This document shows positions 35,025 through 40,057 of a DNA stretch of 40,057 nucleotides, in pieces. Positions within the stretch are counted from its first letter, which is position 1; every line of letters starts with the position of its first letter. The notes under the pieces are model-generated. The model searched no databases. It saw only the letters and a list, made by a program, of their open reading frames with translations, and had not been told where the DNA came from. The DNA comes from Actinomycetes bacterium (lineage in GTDB: Bacteria; Actinomycetota; Actinomycetes; JAHEKZ01): contig DATKIY010000226.1 in assembly GCA_035543875.1 (NCBI GenBank), positions 1 to 40,057 of the forward strand, in the 5' to 3' direction. The translations under genes were made by a program, and so were the position numbers.

Positions 35025-35978
35025 GTGAGCACCGAAAGTGGCGTCAAAGCCATTCTCGCTGCCCTGTTGGCCAACCTCGGGATCGCAGTCACGAAGTTCG
35101 CCGCCTATCTGGTCTCGGGCTCGTCGTCGATGCTTGCCGAGTCGGTGCACTCACTGGCCGACTCGGGCAACCAAGTGCTGCTGCTTATCGGTGGTCGGCG
35201 CGCGCGTCGAGAAGCCAGCGAGGCGCATCCATTTGGATATGGCCGCGAAAGATATGTCTACGCCTTCGTGGTGTCCATCGTGTTGTTCTCCGTCGGTGGC
35301 GTCTTCTCTATCTACGAGGGACTCCACAAGATCCAGCATCCCGAGGAGATCACGAACGCGATCATCCCGATTGCTGTTCTGCTCATCGCGATCTGTCTTG
35401 AGTCGTTCTCGATGCGGACGGCCATCGTCGAGTCGAACCGCGTCAGGGGCCAGCGGTCGTGGGTGCAGTTCATTCGGCATGCGAAGGCGCCAGAGCTCCC
35501 GGTGGTCCTGCTGGAGGACTTTGCCGCCCTGATCGGACTCGTCCTTGCCATGTTTGGAGTCGTAACGTCCGTCGTCACCGAAAACCCGGTATGGGACGGC
35601 ATCGGAAGTGTCTGTATCGGTGTCCTGCTGGTGGTCATCGCACTCATCTTGGGTGTGGAGACCAAGAGCCTGCTCGTGGGGGAGGGCGCAAGCGCAGCCG
35701 ATGTCGACGACATCAGGACAGCCTTGATTGCTGGGGACACGATCGACCGGGTGATTCACATGAAGACGCTCTACCTTGGGCCCGAGGAGTTGATGGTTGC
35801 TGCCAAGGTCGCTGTGGCCGGTGACGTTCCAACTCATGAGCTGGCTGCTGCGATTGACGCGGCTGAGCTGCGGATCCGGCGGGCCGTTCCGGTCGCCCGG
35901 GTCATCTACCTCGAGCCGGACTTGTTTGACCCTGACCGACAAGCCCAATCCGAACTCGACCAGCAACGCGACCCGTGA
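35025..35978 (+). CDS. cation diffusion facilitator (CDF) family metal efflux transporter
   Basis: AILAALLANLGIAVTKF...SSSMLAESVHSLADSGNQ (HxxxD in TM2), 6 TM segments and a C-terminal cytoplasmic domain. GTG start 3 nt after the upstream stop. Confidence 0.88.
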   Translation: MSTESGVKAILAALLANLGIAVTKFAAYLVSGSSSMLAESVHSLADSGNQVLLLIGGRRARREASEAHPFGYGRERYVYAFVVSIVLFSVGGVFSIYEGLHKIQHPEEITNAIIPIAVLLIAICLESFSMRTAIVESNRVRGQRSWVQFIRHAKAPELPVVLLEDFAALIGLVLAMFGVVTSVVTENPVWDGIGSVCIGVLLVVIALILGVETKSLLVGEGASAADVDDIRTALIAGDTIDRVIHMKTLYLGPEELMVAAKVAVAGDVPTHELAAAIDAAELRIRRAVPVARVIYLEPDLFDPDRQAQSELDQQRDP

Positions 35979-36005
35979 GGCACAACCAGAGCGGCTCGCT
36001 AGGCT

Positions 36006-37472
36006 ATGTCTGTGACCACATCAACCAAACCCCTTCGCCCCGGTATCGACTTTTCCGTAGCTGACCTCGAGCTCGCTGAGTTCGGTCGCAAGGAGATCCG
36101 CCTGGCTGAACACGAAATGCCGGGACTCATGTCCATCCGGCGTGAGTACTCGAGCTCGAGGCCGCTGGCAGGTGCTCGCGTCACCGGGTCCCTCCATATG
36201 ACGGTGCAGACTGCTGTGCTGATTGAGACCCTCACTGCACTCGGCGCGGAGGTGCGCTGGGCTAGCTGCAACATCTTCTCCACCCAAGACCACGCTGCGG
36301 CAGCAATAGCGGTTGGCCCAGAAGGAACTCCGCAAAACCCGACGGGGGTTCCAGTGTTCGCCTGGAAGGGTGAAACCCTCGACGAGTACTGGTGGTGCAC
36401 GGAGCAGGCGCTGACCTGGCCGGGTGAGGGTCCAAACATGATTTTGGACGACGGAGGCGATGCGACGCTGCTCGTCCACCGAGGCGTGGAGTGCGAGAAG
36501 TCTGGAGTTGTCCCCGACCCAAGTACGGCCGAGAGCGAAGAGTTTGAGGTCGTGCTGCGCCTGCTGGCTCGGACGCTCGCGGAGTCGCCCACCAAGTGGA
36601 CCAACATTGCTGCTGACATCAAAGGGGTCACCGAGGAGACCACGACCGGCGTGCACCGGCTGTACCAGATGCTCGAACGGGGTGAACTTCTCTTCCCAGC
36701 CATCAACGTCAATGACTCGGTCACCAAGAGCAAGTTCGACAATAAGTACGGTTGCCGTCACTCGCTCATCGATGGGATCAACCGCGCCACTGACACTTTG
36801 ATTGGTGGCAAAACCGCGGTCGTCTTCGGATACGGCGACGTCGGGAAGGGTTCTGCAGAGTCGCTGCGCGGTCAAGGTGCACGTGTGGTCGTCACTGAGG
36901 TCGACCCCATCTGTGCTCTTCAGGCGGCCATGGACGGTTACCAGGTCGTGCGTTTGGAAGACGTGGTTGAAACGGCCGACATCTTTATCACGGCAACGGG
37001 CAACAAAGACGTCATCAAAGCTGCCGACATGGCCCGCATGAAGCATCAGGCGATCGTTGGAAATATCGGACACTTCGACAACGAAATTGATATTGCAGGG
37101 TTGGCCGCGCTACCTGGCGTCCGGCGCGAGAACATCAAACCGCAGGTGGATCTCTGGCACTTTGAAAGTGGCACAGCTGTCATCGTGTTGAGCGAGGGAA
37201 GACTGCTTAACTTGGGGAACGCGACCGGTCACCCGAGTTTCGTCATGTCCAACTCCTTCGCGAACCAAACCATCGCGCAGATTGAGTTGTTCACCAAGTC
37301 GGCGCAGTACCCCGTCGGTGTCTATACACTCCCCAAGCATCTCGACGAGAAGGTCGCGCGTTTGCACCTCGACGCTTTGGGCGCGCGGCTTACCGAGCTC
37401 ACCAAGGATCAAGCCGAGTATCTCGGCATTCCGGTGACCGGACCATACAAGCCAGATCACTACCGGTACTGA
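36006..37472 (+). CDS. ahcY: adenosylhomocysteinase
   Basis: [32 protein letters not shown]-binding [19 protein letters not shown]. Full-length actinobacterial type with an insertion segment. Confidence 0.95.
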   Translation: MSVTTSTKPLRPGIDFSVADLELAEFGRKEIRLAEHEMPGLMSIRREYSSSRPLAGARVTGSLHMTVQTAVLIETLTALGAEVRWASCNIFSTQDHAAAAIAVGPEGTPQNPTGVPVFAWKGETLDEYWWCTEQALTWPGEGPNMILDDGGDATLLVHRGVECEKSGVVPDPSTAESEEFEVVLRLLARTLAESPTKWTNIAADIKGVTEETTTGVHRLYQMLERGELLFPAINVNDSVTKSKFDNKYGCRHSLIDGINRATDTLIGGKTAVVFGYGDVGKGSAESLRGQGARVVVTEVDPICALQAAMDGYQVVRLEDVVETADIFITATGNKDVIKAADMARMKHQAIVGNIGHFDNEIDIAGLAALPGVRRENIKPQVDLWHFESGTAVIVLSEGRLLNLGNATGHPSFVMSNSFANQTIAQIELFTKSAQYPVGVYTLPKHLDEKVARLHLDALGARLTELTKDQAEYLGIPVTGPYKPDHYRY

Positions 37473-38140
37473 TGAGACTCGGTGTCTTAGGAACTGGGGT
37501 AGTTGGACAGTCGCTGGCATCGGGATGGTTGTCCGCCGGGCACGACGTCATGCTTGGTTCGCGTAGTCGAACCAACGAGGTTGCCGTGGCGTGGGCTGCT
37601 GAGTCGGGCCGAGCAGCCAGCAATGGCACCTTCGCGGACGCGGTCGAACACGCAGAGGTAGTCGTCAACTGCACTCCTGGTGAAGTTTCGCTGTCCGTGC
37701 TGAATGGCGTCGACACTGCAGCCTTCGGCAACAAGGTTGTGCTGGACGTATCGAATCCGCTCGACTTTTCGGCAGGCTTCCCGCCGACACTTTCCATCGT
37801 GAACGACGACAGCCTGGGCGAGGCAATTCAAAGATGTCTACCTGAGGCCCGGGTGGTGAAATCGCTGAACACGGTGACAGCGTCTGTGATGGTCGAGCCT
37901 TCGCGCCTCGACGGACGACATGATCTGTTCGTGGCCGGGAACGACGCAACGGCGAAAAGGGTCGTGACCGGTCTGCTCGCCGATCTTGGCTGGGATGCCG
38001 CGGACGTTCATGACTTGGGTGGCATTGACGCAGCGCGTGGAATTGAGATGTACCTGCCGCTTTGGCTGCGGCTCATGGGGACCATCGGTGGCGCCGAGTT
38101 CAACGTCCACGTGGTGCGTTCCACTGCGCCAAGCGGGTGA
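37472..38140 (+). CDS. NADPH-dependent F420 reductase (Fno/NpdG-like) family oxidoreductase
   Basis: Rossmann start [19 protein letters not shown]; ~220-aa size; VLDVSNP and FVAGNDATAK blocks are typical of the F420-dependent NADP oxidoreductase family. The ATG shares its A with the ahcY TGA (37470-37474 TGATG). Confidence 0.7.
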   Translation: MRLGVLGTGVVGQSLASGWLSAGHDVMLGSRSRTNEVAVAWAAESGRAASNGTFADAVEHAEVVVNCTPGEVSLSVLNGVDTAAFGNKVVLDVSNPLDFSAGFPPTLSIVNDDSLGEAIQRCLPEARVVKSLNTVTASVMVEPSRLDGRHDLFVAGNDATAKRVVTGLLADLGWDAADVHDLGGIDAARGIEMYLPLWLRLMGTIGGAEFNVHVVRSTAPSG

Positions 38141-38183
38141 GTCGAGTGGCGCGGGTACCCATAAATGCTGGCAGGCTATTGGG

Positions 38184-39077
38184 GTGACAACCGAGCCGAC
38201 ACTTCAACCAGCGCCTGGCTGGTACCCAGACCCACACAATCCGACTGGTCAGCGTTGGTGGGACGGTGCGTCCTGGACCCGCCATGTCGTGGTGCCGCAG
38301 TACTTGGTCGCCGAAGGTGGCGCGCAACAAGTGGGAAACGTCAGCACCTCCGTCATCGGTCCACCGCAAGGACGGTGGGGGCTTTGGGACATTGGCTGGA
38401 CGGCGCTGGTCGTTGCCGGGATGTTCGTCGCTGGCATCGTGCTCGTCATCGGTCTGGTCGCGCTGCGCCCAGACGCGCTCAACGGTGGAGCCCTCAGCTA
38501 TGACGATCCGACCGTTGCCTGGATCTTGGTCATTAGCCAAGGACTGGTGATGGCTGGATTGGCTGGCTGGCCGTTGGCGGCTGCTCACTGGAAGGGTGAC
38601 GGCTGGCGGAAGTCTTTTGGTTTCGTCGTGAACGGTCGCGCGTTCCTGATAGGCGGGCTTGGCGGTATCGCGACGTTCGTGGTGTTGGCGACACTGACGT
38701 TTATCTCGTCGGTGGTGATCGGGGAGCAGGTCGATTCGGCTGCCGCTGAGGTTGTGTCCGGCATGGCTGATGTCACGTGGGCCTACGCGGTGTTCTTGGT
38801 GTTCATAGCGATCGGGGCGCCATTCGTAGAGGAGATTTCCTTCCGCGGACTGATGTGGGGCGCGATCGTCAAACGAGGGTGGTCGCCGTGGCTTGCCACG
38901 TCCGTATCGGCTGTCGCGTTCGGACTTTTCCATTTTGAGCCGATGCGAGTTGTTGCGCTGATTGCGGCTGGGTTCGTACTGGGAACGGTTCGCCACTACG
39001 CCGGGTTGGGTGCGTCCATGCTCTCGCACGCGGTGGTCAACACAATCGGTGTGGTGGCACTTCTCGTTTCGGGATAA
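38184..39077 (+). CDS. DUF2510 N-terminal domain fused to a CPBP (CAAX-type) intramembrane glutamic endopeptidase
   Basis: GWYPDPHNPTGQRWWDGASWT (DUF2510). CPBP motifs: EEISFRG, FGLFH, HAVVN. Start set to GTG 38184 because track start 37986 overlaps the preceding gene by 155 nt. Confidence 0.8.
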   Translation: MTTEPTLQPAPGWYPDPHNPTGQRWWDGASWTRHVVVPQYLVAEGGAQQVGNVSTSVIGPPQGRWGLWDIGWTALVVAGMFVAGIVLVIGLVALRPDALNGGALSYDDPTVAWILVISQGLVMAGLAGWPLAAAHWKGDGWRKSFGFVVNGRAFLIGGLGGIATFVVLATLTFISSVVIGEQVDSAAAEVVSGMADVTWAYAVFLVFIAIGAPFVEEISFRGLMWGAIVKRGWSPWLATSVSAVAFGLFHFEPMRVVALIAAGFVLGTVRHYAGLGASMLSHAVVNTIGVVALLVSG

Positions 39078-39096
39078 CTTCGGCGGTTGCTGGCTG

Positions 39097-40056
39097 TTAG
39101 GCCTCTTGTGGCGGCTTCGCCGCTTCAACAAGTGCTGGCGCAAGACCCTCATGTCGCATTCGAAGATCTAGGTACAGCAATGCTCGAGCGACCGAGACGA
39201 TGGGGTAGGCGAGTACGCCAATCAGAACACTCACGAGGTAGCCGAGCAGCACGAGCGTGACCGCGCCCTGGCTGAGTACCTGATCTGCGTTGGCGAAGGC
39301 TCCAAACGACGTCAAGAATGAAATAGGTGCCGACACCAGTTGCAGCGCGAACGCGTAAGTGACTTGAACCAACAAGATGAGCCCGACTACGCGCCAAAAG
39401 CTCTTGCTTGAGAGCGTCCAGGATCGCCTCATGGAATGAGTTACCGAACCCTTTTCCAGCGTGAGCGATGCTGGGGCCGCAAACCACAGGTAGCTCAGCA
39501 CCAATCCGGGCACGATGCACACAAACAGTCCCGCAAGAATCGCGATCCCCAGGACCACCCCCAGCAGCAACACTCGAGGCAGCAGCGGTTTCAGCTGACT
39601 GATGACTCGGGCCGAAGTCGTGTCGCGTCCAAGGACCGCGCGAGACACGACAATTGCGCTCCCTGCGTCGATCACTGTGAAAGCAACGATCTGGGCGAAC
39701 AACCCAAGTGCAAGCCAGGGAAGGAAGCTGACGAAGGAGTCTGTGACCGCCGACAGTGATGTGGTCACCTCGGAAGAAGAAGCACTCGGATCGATCGCCT
39801 CGAAGGCAGCAAGGTCGCGAACGAGTTCCTGCGCGGCAAACAGGATGGGCAGGCAGACGATCGCGGCGATGGCTGCGACCGCCGCCGAAACCGTGAGCAA
39901 GGGTCGCCACTGTTGTCGGACGGTGGCGAAGGTGCCAGAGAGAAAATCGTCAACGCCGAGTGGGCGGAGCGGGATGATTCCCGGCTTCTCCTCGGGTTTG
40001 CCGGGTCGCCAGCCAGGTGGCAGCGTCATGCCGGGGCCGCCAGCTGGAGGCATCAA
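39097..40056 (-). CDS. polytopic membrane protein with Pro/Gly-rich N-terminus (resembles the 'glycerophosphoryl diester phosphodiesterase membrane domain' family); N-terminus may extend beyond the window
   Basis: PGIIPLRPLGVDDFLSGTFATVRQQW opening followed by about 6 hydrophobic segments. The ORF is still open at the right edge (first in-window start-like codons are TTG 40056 and ATG 40053). Confidence 0.65.
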   Translation of the reverse strand: MMPPAGGPGMTLPPGWRPGKPEEKPGIIPLRPLGVDDFLSGTFATVRQQWRPLLTVSAAVAAIAAIVCLPILFAAQELVRDLAAFEAIDPSASSSEVTTSLSAVTDSFVSFLPWLALGLFAQIVAFTVIDAGSAIVVSRAVLGRDTTSARVISQLKPLLPRVLLLGVVLGIAILAGLFVCIVPGLVLSYLWFAAPASLTLEKGSVTHSMRRSWTLSSKSFWRVVGLILLVQVTYAFALQLVSAPISFLTSFGAFANADQVLSQGAVTLVLLGYLVSVLIGVLAYPIVSVARALLYLDLRMRHEGLAPALVEAAKPPQEA

Positions 40057-40057
40057 C

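Noticed and set aside
35979-36005. SAH riboswitch upstream of ahcY
   Set aside because: The spacer is only 27 nt, too short for any known SAH riboswitch. ahcY is more likely co-transcribed with the upstream genes.
37986-38183. Upstream extension of the CPBP protease ORF
   Set aside because: It would overlap the Fno-like gene by 155 nt and encodes Cys/Trp/Arg-rich sequence. The DUF2510 motif begins right after GTG 38184.

Overview
Actinobacterial (high-GC Gram-positive) chromosomal segment with about 35 densely packed protein genes on both strands. I found no rRNA, tRNA, CRISPR array, IS element or prophage. The backbone is the conserved whiB2 neighbourhood known from Mycobacterium tuberculosis (Rv3248c-Rv3268 equivalents, gene numbers from memory). 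It comprises an LCP ligase with a TIGR03089-type protein, GDP-mannose pyrophosphorylase, fbiA-fbiB, a WhiB2-type gene, a ~1000-aa GT2/polytopic-membrane fusion with a DUF5719-like partner, DUF3499, phosphomannomutase, Trm112, a SIS-type isomerase, a CDF transporter and adenosylhomocysteinase. Three departures from that backbone stand out. (i) A cell-envelope block (2.7-14.5 kb): two LCP genes bracket a translationally coupled TagG/TagH-like ABC exporter and an orphan 540-aa membrane protein that looks like a catalytically degenerate cytidylyltransferase/CDP-alcohol-transferase fusion. A ~880-aa PGRP-type amidase with three copies of an uncharacterised ~110-aa module and a SpoIID/LytB homologue follow. 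(ii) fbiC, an intramembrane-sensing two-component system and a small methyltransferase lie between whiB2 and fbiA, so fbiA/B/C sit within 8 kb; an Fno-like F420:NADP oxidoreductase is start/stop-coupled to ahcY. (iii) The left ~2.7 kb is compositionally foreign (hand-sampled 72-87% GC versus 53-63% elsewhere) and carries a DUF222/HNH gene preceded by a near-consensus LexA box. All functional calls come from motif recognition by eye; none was verified by a database search.
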